64,000 nucleotides of DNA from Paraphysomonas bandaiensis. Taxonomy: Eukaryota; Protista; Chrysophyceae. The position numbers and the translations under genes are program-made. The notes beneath the pieces were generated by a model. That model did not search any database and was not told where the DNA came from. It worked only from the letters and a program-made list of their open reading frames with translations. How positions within the stretch are numbered: position 1 is the first letter of the stretch; every line of letters starts with the position of its first letter. This document shows positions 1 through 12,509 of this stretch, piece by piece. Where the stretch lies: positions 1-64,000 of the forward strand of contig CBFFRP010000342.1 in the NCBI GenBank assembly GCA_965644295.1. Reading direction: 5' to 3'.

Positions 1-3000
1 CAACGATTACGTCTGGGTCCTTGGTAAGGCGATACCATGGCAATGAAACAACGTGTGAAAATCCGCAAAATACGGTTGGGTATAGTCTGGGAGAGTGTAA
101 TTTAGGTATATCGTGGACGTATATTTATACCGATTGCACAACGAACCCTGATAACACGATAACTTACAAGCAACTTAGCTATGATTCCTTGGACTGCACT
201 GGCCCAGTAGATTACACTTTCTCCTACACTGAATCGTCAGTTTGTGACAATGGCGAGTATTACTATTGCACTTCAAGCATGACCCCGTGGCTGGATATCG
301 AAGGAATGAAGGAACATACGGAGTACGTATACACTACACATATAAATTTTCTTTTAACTAACTAACTATCGAAGATATTATGCATCCCCCGACTGTACCG
401 GTCCTTATTATGAATGGTATGGCTACCTTGATGCATGTAGCAGCAGTGGCAGTTGTTATCTGAGTGGAGGTGGTACTGGCCAGACTATTTGTGATTATAT
501 TCCCTCTTCTGTACCTACTCCTCAGGCCACTCCTGCTCCCACTGTTCCCGGAGCGACGAATGCACCCACTGCAGAATCAATGATTACGTCTGGGTCCTTG
601 GTAAGGCGATACAATGGCAATGAAATAACGTGTGAAAATCCGCAAGATACGTATGGGTATAGTCTGGGAGAGTGTTATTTAAGAGGATCGAGGTCGTATA
701 TTTATACCAATTGCACAACGAACCCTGATAACACGATAACTTACAAGAAATTTCGATATGATTCCTTGGACTGCACTGGCCCAATAGATTACACTTCCTC
801 CTACACTGAATCGTCAGTTTGTGACAATGGCGAGTATTATTATTGCACTTCAAGCATGACCCCGTGGCTGGATATTGAAGGAATGAAGGAGCATACGGAG
901 TACGTATACACTACACATATAAATTTTCTTTTAACTAACTAACTATCGAAGATATTATGCATCCCCCGACTGTACCGGTCCTTATTATGAATGGTATGGC
1001 TACCTTGATGCATGTAGCAGCAGTGGCAGTTGTTATCTGAGTGGAGGTGGTACTGGCCAGACTATTTGTGATTATATTCCCTCTTCTGTACCTACTCCTC
1101 AGGCCACTCCTGCTCCCACTGTTCCCGGAGCGACGAATGCACCCACTGCAGCATCAATGATTACCTCTGGGTCCTTGGTAAGGCGATATAATGGCAATGA
1201 AACAACGTGTGAAAATCCGCAAGATACGCATGGGTACAGTTTGGGAGAGTGTTATTTAGGTATATCGTGGACGTATATTTATACCGATTGCACAACGAAC
1301 CCTGATAACACGATAACTTACAAGAAATTTCGATATGATTCCTTGACCGCACACTTCAATGCCAGAGCATACGAAACACACTTGACAAAGTGAGATCGGA
1401 TACTTTAAATATGTTCGTGCAGGTACCTGATCCTTCTTTTGATAATTTCGAACAAGCGGCGTGCGATACTGAAGGCCAGTGCGGTTCATCTGATGATGAT
1501 GTGTGTTCCGATCATGGGACATGCATGTATGGTATGTGTGTTTGTGAAGATAGCTACACGGGAGACTGCTGCGAAAATGAGGGACCTGGTTATGAGGTGC
1601 ATTACTACTATTGCTGCGAAGGAGATGATCTGTCAGATTCTGATGTGGTGGGCCCGTTCAATGCGTTGGCATTTATGTGGATCGACTTTCACCCAGAATC
1701 CGATGGTGCCAGCGTCTATTTTGGTGCAGCAAACGAGGATACCACGGTTGTTGTCTTTGAAAATGTGCCGGCATTCAATTTGTCTTGCCGCGCAACTATT
1801 GAAGTCTTGTTGCACCGTGATGGTGATATTCAGGTTGCTATAGTCAGCAATAATATTTCTACTGGCACTGTCGCTTGTGATATAGGTGATGCGACGATGG
1901 GTTTGAAAGGACCGAAGCCAGAAGATGGGGATGCTCAACTCTACGAAGAAGTGTATGGTCCATCAGATGATGATATGCCTGCGCAGGAAATAATCACGTA
2001 CCGCCCATTGTACGTTGTAAGACCCCCGTCTAACACTACTGCTCCTCCCGCCACATGTGTGATGCCAACCTCTTCTGTACCTACTCCTCAGGCCACTCCT
2101 GCTCCCACTGTTCCCGGAGCGACGAATGCACCCACTGCAGCATCAATGATTACGTCTGGGTCCTTGGTAAGGCGATACAATGGCAATGAAACAACGTGTG
2201 AAAATCCGCAAGATACGCATGGGTATAGTTTGGGAGAGTGTTATTTAGGTATATCGTGGACGTATATTTATACCGATTGCACAACGAACCCTGATAACAC
2301 GATAACTTACAAGAAATTTCGATATGATTCCTTGGACTGCACTGGCCCAATAGATTACACTTTCTCCTACACTGAATCGTCAGTTTGTGACAATGGCGAG
2401 TATTATTATTGCACTTCAAGCATGACCCCGTGGCTGGATATTGAAGGAATGAAGGAACATAGGGAGTACGTATACACTACACATATAAATTTTCTTTTAA
2501 CTAACTAACTATCGAAGATATTATGCATCCCCCGACTGTACCGGTCCTTATTATGAATGGTATGGCTACCTTGATGCATGTAGCAGCAGTGGCAGTTGTT
2601 ATCTGAGTGGAGGTGGTACTGGCCAGACTATTTGTGATTATATTCCCTCTTCTGTTCCTACTCCTCAGGCCACTCCTGCTCCCACTGTTCCCGGAACGAC
2701 GAATGCACCCACTGCAGAATCAATGATTACGTCTGGGTCCTTGGTAAGGCGATACAATGGCAATGAAACAACGTGTGAAAATCCGCAAGATACGCATGGG
2801 TATAGTTTGGGAGAGTGTTATTTAAGTGGATCGAGGTCGTGTATTTATACGGATTGCACAACGAACCCTGATAACACGATAACTTACAAGGAATTTCGAT
2901 ATGATTCCTTGGACTGCACTGGCCCAATAGATTACACTTTCTCCTACACTGAATCGTCAGTTTGTGACAATGGCGAGTATTATTATTGCACTTCAAGCAT

Positions 3001-6000
3001 GACCCCGTGGCTGGATATTGAAGGAATGAAGGAACATAGGGAGTACGTATACACTACACATATAAATTTTCTTTTAACTAACTAACTAATGAAGATATTA
3101 TGCATCCCCCGACTGTACCGGTCCTTATTATGAATGGTATGGCTACCTTGATGCATGTAGCAGCAGTGGCAGTTGTTATCTGAGTGGAGGTGGTTCTGGC
3201 CAGACTATTTGTGATTATATTCCCTCTTCTGTACCTACTCCTCAGGCCACTCCTGCTCCCACTGTTCCCGGAACGACGAATGCACCCACTGCAGTGGATG
3301 TCTCGGTGGGGTATGAAGTGACGAAGAGTGCTGGAGGATCATTGCTGAACAATGACTACTCAGCCTTGACCGAACTGGCTATGGGGGATGACGATGTGGT
3401 CATGCTGAAGCTACCCTTCGCCTTCACCTTCTACGGCAAATACTATGACCACGGATATCTTAGTAGTAACGGATTGTTATCATTTGCTAATGGTTGTGAT
3501 GGTGATTTTAATGATTGCTCGGCTGATATTGATTTTATGTCGACAACAATGTTTGCAGAGGATGCACATGTGAATGATCGCAACTATGATATAGGCATTA
3601 CTGCATCGCGTACATCGAGATCTTTATCAAATCAAGTTGGTGACGCTCATATTGTTGTGTTGAAGAGGAAAATTTCTCTGTCGAATGTCGAGGAGCTGTT
3701 GCAGGAACTCAGATACCACAATCAGACATCGTTCACTCTTGCAATAGATGAGGTTTTATACGGATTGCGCATGATCGTAATTCGTCGAGCTTCTTTACAA
3801 GCCATAGAGTTCCTTCGCCTCCACAAGGATGTTCTCTCTGTTCGAAGAGATAAGATGGTGAGTGCGACGGAAATACCGAATTCTCGTCGAAGAGTGACTG
3901 CGACGGGCACCTATAGCTGGGGACTGGATCGCATCGACCAAGTGGATTTGCCGCTCGATAACAAGCAGTACAAGAGTACGTCAAGTGGTGGAGGCAAAGG
4001 CGTGAGTGTGTTTGTTCTTGATTCTGGTATTGATACGAACCATGTTGAGTTCACAACCGACTCCAGTCGCGAAGTGAAAAATGTGTTTAACTATTTTGGA
4101 AACGTTACATCTGACACTGATGGAGATGGGCATGGTAATATAATATTATTATTAGTAATTATATCTTTGATATCGAATAATCATAGGAAGCCATTGTGCC
4201 GGTACCATTGGAGGCACAAATGTCGGAGTTGCTCCGAAAGCAAATATTTATGGCGTAAAAGTCCTCAACGATTATGGACTAGGTTATGGTGGAAGTGTGA
4301 CGAGTGGTCTAGAGTTTGTGTACAACTATCGCCTGGCCAATCCAAAGACTCCTATGGTTGTATCTATGTCTCTGGGTGGAGATTGTAATCCCGCTGATGA
4401 CTGCACGCAAGATCCTGCGATCATTGCTCTGCAGGAATTGTCTGAAGTTGGTGTGAGTGTCGTTGTTGCTGCTGGAAATGATGCGGAAGATGCATGTACA
4501 ACGAGCCCTGCAATGTCACCAACAGCAATCACTGTTGGTGCTTCCGATATCAATGACGAACAGATAATGTATTCTAATAATGGAGAGTGCGTGGATATTC
4601 AGGCTCCTGGTGTTGATATTCTTAGCGTTTGCTCGAGTTCTATGTGCGATGGGTTAGAAAATCAGTACGTGGAGATGTCAGGTACATCTATGGCATGTCC
4701 TCATGTAGCCGGCATTGTCGCACTTTGGCTATCGCAAACAGGTTCGAGCTACAGCGATCCTCCCAGCACCGCTGAAATTAAAACTGCACTTCAATGCCAG
4801 AGCATACGAAACACACTTGACAAAGTGAGATCGGATACTTTAAATATGTTCGTGCAGGTACCTGATCCTTCTTTTGATAATTTCGAACAAGCGGCGTGCG
4901 ATACTGAAGGCCAGTGCGGTTCATCTGATGATGATGTGTGTTCCGATCATGGGACATGCATGTATGGTATGTGTGTTTGTGAAGATAGCTACACGGGAGA
5001 CTGCTGCGAAAATGAGGGACCTGGTTATGAGGTGCATTACTACTATTGCTGCGAAGGAGATGATCTGTCAGATTCTGATGTGGTGGGCCCGTTCAATGCG
5101 TTGGCATTTATGTGGATCGACTTTCACCCAGAATCCGATGGTGCCAGCGTCTATTTTGGTGCAGCAAACGAGGATACCACGGTTGTTGTCTTTGAAAATG
5201 TGCCGGCATTCAATTTGTCTTGCCGCGCAACTATTGAAGTCTTGTTGCACCGTGATGGTGATATTCAGGTTGCTATAGTCAGCAATAATATTTCTACTGG
5301 CACTGTCGCTTGTGATATAGGTGATGCGACGATGGGTTTGAAAGGACCGAAGCCAGAAGATGGGGATGCTCAACTCTACGAAGAAGTGTATGGTCCATCA
5401 GATGATGATATGCCTGCGCAGGAAATAATCACGTACCGCCCATTGTACGTTGTAAGACCCCCGTCTAACACTACTGCTCCTCCCGCCACATGTGTGATGC
5501 CAACCTCTTCTGTACCTACTCCTCAGGCCACTCCTGCTCCCACTGTTCCCGGAGCGACGAATGCACCCACTGCAGCATCAATGATTACCTCTGGGTCCTT
5601 GGTAAGGCGATACGATGGCAATGAAACAACGTGTGATAATCCGCAAAATACGCATGGGTATAGTTTGGGAGAGTGTTATTTAAGTGGATCGAGGTCGTAT
5701 ATTTATACCAATTGCACAACGAACCCTGATAACACGATAACTTACAAGGAATTTCGATATGATTCCTTGGACTGCACTGGCCCAATAGATTACACTTTCT
5801 CCTACACTGAATCGTCAGTTTGTGACAATGGCGAGTATTATTATTGCACTTCAAGCATGACCCCGTGGCTGGATATTGAAGGAATGAAGGAACATAGGGA
5901 GTACGTATACACTACACATATAAATTTTCTTTTAACTAACTAATGAAGATATTATGCATCCCCCGACTGTACCGGTCCTTATTATGAATGGTATGGCTAC

Positions 6001-6724
6001 CTTGATGCATGTAGCAGCAGTGGCAGTTGTTATCTGAGTGGAGGTGGTACTGGCCAGACTATTTGTGATTATATTCCCTCTTCTGTTCCTACTCCTCAGG
6101 CCACTCCTGCTCCCACTGTTCCCGGAACGACGAATGCACCCACTGCAGAATCAATGATTACGTCTGGGTCCTTGGTAAGGCGATACAATGGCAATGAAAC
6201 AACGTGTGAAAATCCGCAAGATACGCATGGGTATAGTTTGGGAGAGTGTTATTTAAGTGGATCGAGGTCGTGTATTTATACGGATTGCACAACGAACCCT
6301 GATAACACGATAACTTACAAGGAATTTCGATATGATTCCTTGGACTGCACTGGCCCAATAGATTACACTTTCTCCTACACTGAATCGTCAGTTTGTGACA
6401 ATGGCGAGTATTATTATTGCACTTCAAGCATGACCCCGTGGCTGGATATTGAAGGAATGAAGGAACATAGGGAGTACGTATACACTACACATATAAATTT
6501 TCTTTTAACTAACTAACTAATGAAGATATTATGCATCCCCCGACTGTACCGGTCCTTATTATGAATGGTATGGCTACCTTGATGCATGTAGCAGCAGTGG
6601 CAGTTGTTATCTGAGTGGAGGTGGTTCTGGCCAGACTATTTGTGATTATATTCCCTCTTCTGTACCTACTCCTCAGGCCACTCCTGCTCCCACTGTTCCC
6701 GGAACGACGAATGCACCCACTGCA
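1..6724 (+). repeat. Seven copies (one truncated) of a 577-bp Cys-rich coding module carrying its own ~52-nt intron
   Basis: Copies start near 3, 580, 1157 (truncated at ~1345), 2146, 2723, 5581 and 6154; period 577 (580 to 1157, 2146 to 2723). Confidence 0.95.
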
Positions 6725-9143
6725 GTGGATGTCTCGGTGGGGTATGAAGTGACGAAGAGTGCTGGAGGATCATTGCTGAACAATGACTACTCAGCCTTGA
6801 CCGAACTGGCTATGGGGGATGACGATGTGGTCATGCTGAAGCTACCCTTCGCCTTCACCTTCTACGGCAAATACTATGACCACGGATATCTTAGTAGTAA
6901 CGGATTGTTATCATTTGCTAATGGTTGTGATGGTGATTTTAATGATTGCTCGGCTGATATTGATTTTATGTCGACAACAATGTTTGCAGAGGATGCACAT
7001 GTGAATGATCGCAACTATGATATAGGCATTACTGCATCGCGTACATCGAGATCTTTATCAAATCAAGTTGGTGACGCTCATATTGTTGTGTTGAAGAGGA
7101 AAATTTCTCTGTCGAATGTCGAGGAGCTGTTGCAGGAACTCAGATACCACAATCAGACATCGTTCACTCTTGCAATAGATGAGGTTTTATACGGATTGCG
7201 CATGATCGTAATTCGTCGAGCTTCTTTACAAGCCATAGAGTTCCTTCGCCTCCACAAGGATGTTCTCTCTGTTCGAAGAGATAAGATGGTGAGTGCGACG
7301 GAAATACCGAATTCTCGTCGAAGAGTGACTGCGACGGGCACCTATAGCTGGGGACTGGATCGCATCGACCAAGTGGATTTGCCGCTCGATAACAAGCAGT
7401 ACAAGAGTACGTCAAGTGGTGGAGGCAAAGGCGTGAGTGTGTTTGTTCTTGATTCTGGTATTGATACGAACCATGTTGAGTTCACAACCGACTCCAGTCG
7501 CGAAGTGAAAAATGTGTTTAACTATTTTGGAAACGTTACATCTGACACTGATGGAGATGGGCATGGTAATATAATATTATTATTAGTAATTATATCTTTG
7601 ATATCGAATAATCATAGGAAGCCATTGTGCCGGTACCATTGGAGGCACAAATGTCGGAGTTGCTCCGAAAGCAAATATTTATGGCGTAAAAGTCCTCAAC
7701 GATTATGGACTAGGTTATGGTGGAAGTGTGACGAGTGGTCTAGAGTTTGTGTACAACTATCGCCTGGCCAATCCAAAGACTCCTATGGTTGTATCTATGT
7801 CTCTGGGTGGAGATTGTAATCCCGCTGATGACTGCACGCAAGATCCTGCGATCATTGCTCTGCAGGAATTGTCTGAAGTTGGTGTGAGTGTCGTTGTTGC
7901 TGCTGGAAATGATGCGGAAGATGCATGTACAACGAGCCCTGCAATGTCACCAACAGCAATCACTGTTGGTGCTTCCGATATCAATGACGAACAGATAATG
8001 TATTCTAATAATGGAGAGTGCGTGGATATTCAGGCTCCTGGTGTTGATATTCTTAGCGTTTGCTCGAGTTCTATGTGCGATGGGTTAGAAAATCAGTACG
8101 TGGAGATGTCAGGTACATCTATGGCATGTCCTCATGTAGCCGGCATTGTCGCACTTTGGCTATCGCAAACAGGTTCGAGCTACAGCGATCCTCCCAGCAC
8201 CGCTGAAATTAAAACTGCACTTCAATGCCAGAGCATACGAAACACACTTGACAAAGTGAGATCGGATACTTTAAATATGTTCGTGCAGGTACCTGATCCT
8301 TCTTTTGATAATTTCGAACAAGCGGCGTGCGATACTGAAGGCCAGTGCGGTTCATCTGATGATGATGTGTGTTCCGATCATGGGACATGCATGTATGGTA
8401 TGTGTGTTTGTGAAGATAGCTACACGGGAGACTGCTGCGAAAATGAGGGACCTGGTTATGAGGTGCATTACTACTATTGCTGCGAAGGAGATGATCTGTC
8501 AGATTCTGATGTGGTGGGCCCGTTCAATGCGTTGGCATTTATGTGGATCGACTTTCACCCAGAATCCGATGGTGCCAGCGTCTATTTTGGTGCAGCAAAC
8601 GAGGATACCACGGTTGTTGTCTTTGAAAATGTGCCGGCATTCAATTTGTCTTGCCGCGCAACTATTGAAGTCTTGTTGCACCGTGATGGTGATATTCAGG
8701 TTGCTATAGTCAGCAATAATATTTCTACTGGCACTGTCGCTTGTGATATAGGTGATGCGACGATGGGTTTGAAAGGACCGAAGCCAGAAGATGGGGATGC
8801 TCAACTCTACGAAGAAGTGTATGGTCCATCAGATGATGATATGCCTGCGCAGGAAATAATCACGTATCGCCCATTGTACGTTGTAAGACCCCCGTCTAAC
8901 ACTACTGCTCCTCCCGCCACGTGTGTGATGCCAACCCCAACAAAAAACAAGTCTAACGACGATGATGAGACTAGCATCAACACAGCTGTGATTGTTGCTG
9001 TGCCGATTGCTGCTGTGATTCTATTGCTGGCATCTGGCGTAGGCGTCATGTATTATCGTCGCAAAATGGATGCTGGATATGACGATGAGGCTGTAAAGGC
9101 GAGGGAGAAGATGAGCGCGAGCAATCCGTTGCAGTTGCTTTAA
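1..9143 (+). CDS. 5'-truncated spliced gene for a multi-unit membrane-anchored subtilisin (S8A, proteinase K-like) polyprotein: Cys-rich repeats, NIDO-like domain, I9 propeptide, S8, EGF, TM and short tail; one frameshifted junction near 1345
   Basis: Removing GT-AG introns at 323-374, 900-951, 2466-2517, 3043-3094, 4135-4186, 5901-5948, 6474-6525 and 7566-7617 joins the ORFs in frame (1390-9143 gives ~2480 codons). Catalytic motifs VFVLDSG, HGSHCAG (formed by splicing), AAGN and GTSMACPHVAG occur twice. Also WGLDRIDQ, EGF-like CSDHGTCMYGMCVCEDSYTGDCC and TM AVIVAVPIAAVILLLASGVGVMYY followed by RRK. Confidence 0.85.
1352..8935 (+). repeat. Tandem ~3.43-kb segmental repeat of the protease unit (about 2.2 copies)
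   Basis: ORF pairs 3294/6725 and 4297/7728 are offset by 3431; 1390/4825 by 3435; the protease and NIDO-like parts are nearly identical. Confidence 0.95.
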
Positions 9144-10127
9144 TTCTAACAAGATAATGGATGCACGTACTAGTATAGCAACGAGAAGTGTACTAGAATA
9201 AAATTACAAAACGTGGTCAATTGCAACAGAAGAGTTAAACGTGTTTCGATGAGTATATAACTATAATAAGTAAAAAGATTAAAGGATTCACATACTTTTA
9301 CGGCATATATATGATGCAGTAGCCAGGCGCCAAAATGAAGTAGGTTACGAAACGTTTTGTACAACAGCAGTAACATTAATAGTAAATAAATTGATCATTT
9401 ACGATGCATGGTAGCCTGTGCTACTAGAGCAAGCACCTAAGCAGTAACATTAATATTTGAGTCGATTATATCGTATATTTACGATGATGGTAGATTGTAC
9501 TACAAGAGCAAGAAGCACTACTTAACCTCCACGGTATGTAATATTTAAGGCGATTAGCTGCGAGCTGCGATTGTTGTGTGGAAGCACTGTGTATCTATAT
9601 AATACCTAATGCTCTACATCGTTCAAAAAAGTGATCTTGAACGACTATATGCTAATAAAACATCTTTGCAACGGAAATAATTTCAGCAGGTATAAATGCT
9701 ATAACTTCGGGTCAAGTACCAACATTTCTTCTTTACAAATGCGTCATTTCCTAATTCAATAGGCATATATATATTGAAAGTCTGATTATTAGCAATAGGC
9801 GTTAAGAATCTGCACCAATTTAGTAGCTGGATGAATGCTAGTAGTCAGTCTAGTTAGACTTCTATCTGTAACTAATCAGTACAAACGCTATTATCTTACT
9901 ATTTAACGCTACGAAAGCTGTTTGTGCGTCGTCGCATGCAATCACTTTCGTTCTATAAGTTGAGTGCGAGCTCACTGTGGTGTGATCACGTGGCATCTCA
10001 CGTGCCTTACTCACGTGGCTATAGTGTGTTTCCAAGGGACTACAAAACACTAGATAGACTAACTACCACGAAAACACTCAGAACTAACAACAATTATTAG
10101 TCACGCAACAGCAGGAGAAACAACTAT

Positions 10128-10366
10128 TCACTTACGGCGCAGTTTACTTTTTCGATGATACCACTCACCGTAGTCAGCAAGCAGCTCCTCACCTGCGGGT
10201 ATCGGTCTCAGAGTTCTGACCCAGACCACATCCACCCAGATTCATCCATGCAGAATTCACAGTTGTAGCTCAGACCTGCGGCGAGATTCTCTTCAAACAA
10301 GGTGTTTACGAAGCTACCGTGGTTATAAGGCGCCTGAGGTAAATTCTCTCTCATGGCTGGGAACAT
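10128..10366 (-). pseudogene. SET-domain methyltransferase C-terminal fragment with a 1-nt frameshift
   Basis: Minus strand reads NHGSFVNTLFEE...SYNCEF and then, in the next frame, VVWVRTLRPIPAGEELLADYGEWY, matching the SET motifs NC and I..GEEL..DYG..Y. Not in the ORF track. Confidence 0.65.
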
Positions 10367-10770
10367 TTTTAATTAAGCCTTACGCAGAGTTTGAGTTAAC
10401 TTTATTTACGTTATAACGGCTATTTTTAATGAGTGTGTAATATTCGCGGGGATTTTGGGGGTTTACCCGATTTTTGTTGACTTTATGTGAAATCATTTCC
10501 CAGAGATCACTGTGGGCAGAAAAATTCTCAACTGTAGGGTGAAAATGGATAAAAATGACCAAGAAAATAAGAAAGAAGCGTATTTTTGGTATTATTTTCT
10601 ATATTTTATGTATATATTTTATATTATATTTTAACCAGCTCAAACCGTACTCTACACATGTATGTACAGTATCTTAATATAACATATATATTCATACTAA
10701 TAAATGAGATGAATGCATACAAGAGTAGAGATATTTACTGGAGTCTGGTTGAAGGCAAAACAAACAAGAC

Positions 10771-11587
10771 ATGAGAAAGTTTGAAAGAGTTTCCAATCTG
10801 CTTCAAACAGGAGGATCAAGTCAAGTGAATCTTTATGAATTCCGGAACATTTTTGATGCCTTATTGATGGACTTCGTGGCAAGGCATCCCCTATCTGCTT
10901 TAAGTAAAAATAGCTCCATTGTTAATGATCCGAATTTAGAGAATATGGAATTGCTAAAATCCAAGCAGGCCAATAATTTGATATGACAAGATCTGAGAAA
11001 GATGCTGTTAGAATAGATCTCCGTTCAGACTGTGATTACAACAATACAGAGGATGATGAAGCTGATGTTGGCTTTGCACATAAAAATCTTCAGTCAGCTC
11101 AAGAAATTAAGAATTGTACAGGTCCACGAGTCATTAACGGTTATCAGGCCCTGGTATGTACTTCCAATACATGGGAACGTCTGTTCAGCGCAACATATTT
11201 TATCAGTGTGCGTAGTGCAAAAGTATCTATCCAACGTAATATGCTGCTGTTTCTAAAAAGCCAATCGACAGTTGTGGCCGGATACTAGCATATTTCAATT
11301 AATTCTGTGGATGAATATGGTGGTGTTGACGTCACTGATGATAGCTCAGAGGATGAGGACGAGGTGGATTTTTAATAGCTATAAGCAGTAGTTGGTTTGG
11401 TTGTCATGTGATATTAATGACTAATACTAAAAATTGAATCTACGGATGTGTTTACTTACTGATTAGTCATACTAATATATTGCAATACATTGACAATATA
11501 TTGCAATATCTCTTTAAAATCTCCATCAATAGTATTGTTGAAACGTTCTCTAACAACAGTATTGCAATATATTGTTTCCTAGCCCTG
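10771..11587 (+). mobile_element. Decayed hAT-like transposon: C-terminal transposase remnant plus right terminus
   Basis: Broken ORFs read KFERVSNLLQ...FRNIFDAL...IVNDPNLEN...TSNTWERLFSA...MLLFLK, resembling the hAT dimerisation region (ERLFS). Subterminal ATATTGCAAT repeats end in TAGCCCTG (reverse complement CAGGGCTA, a hAT-type terminus). Confidence 0.65.
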
Positions 11588-12051
11588 GACGTAAGGGCCA
11601 TACAGCATTATATACTGCAAGTGTATATACTATGTATTAGTAAGGATATAAATAATAAAAGATGCATTCATTCAGAACAAAACAAGTCCATATACCGCCT
11701 TAAGAACAGACACAACTCACTGGAAAGAGTCGTATGAATGATCACGATTTAACAGCAAATGAAATCAACTTAACAGGTATGTATATCTATCATCAAAGGA
11801 AGTGTTTAGCATGATTACAGATGGCTTATCTCGACCATGCTTCAGTAGTCTCCATGTGTGGATTAAGGGGCTTGTTCTTTGTATATGATCGATCCAAAGC
11901 ACTTACCGTGTGGTGGATTCAATCATGATGATGGTTTTGTTTATAAAAGTCATGAGATTGTTGCTCTTATCATGACTGTGTGTAGATATATGCTCAACTG
12001 GGCCACTCCATATGCATCATTGTCTATAGCTAGCTAGATATACACAATACT

Positions 12052-12199
12052 CGTATCGGCATCTGTATATTTTTGTTCCAAGATGCCTCTATATTGAGAC
12101 AATAATTATCTGTATTTCTGCCGTAGTTGTACTGCAGTAATGTAGATGATTTTTGCTTCAATATATTTCCGAAAAAATAAGATGCTGACTGCCGATACG
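12052..12199 (+). mobile_element. ~150-bp MITE (family 1), most intact copy
   Basis: Terminal inverted repeat CGTATCGGCA...TGCCGATACG flanked by ACT on both sides; core shared with four copies at 52.2-56.6 kb. Confidence 0.75.
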
Positions 12200-12509
12200 A
12201 CTCGTATATCTTTTATAGGAGTATATTATAAGGGTGGTTTGCAATAAAAACCAGGCTTTTGTTGGAATACTTTTAATAAAAGTTGAAAAAACCTAATTTT
12301 GAGTCCTAAATCTTAAAAAAAAGGAATATGATAGTCTACAGCGATCGCGATATATCGCGAGTAGGCTGTTGCAGTGTATATGTATGTACATGTATGTATA
12401 TATAGATGTGTGTGTATGTCTATATATGTGTATATTGTATATATATACACACATCTCTCTCATAACACTCCCATTAATCTATTCTACCATACCTCTACAC
12501 TAAAACACC

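Noticed and set aside
350-375. Repeated TAACTAACTAA stops between coding modules, suggesting stop-codon reassignment or readthrough
   Set aside because: They lie inside a GT-AG intron (branch-point-like CTAAC); splicing restores the frame, and other genes end at standard stops.
9366-9520. Degenerate ~74-bp tandem duplication after the protease gene
   Set aside because: Ordinary local duplication in 3' flanking DNA with no further structure.
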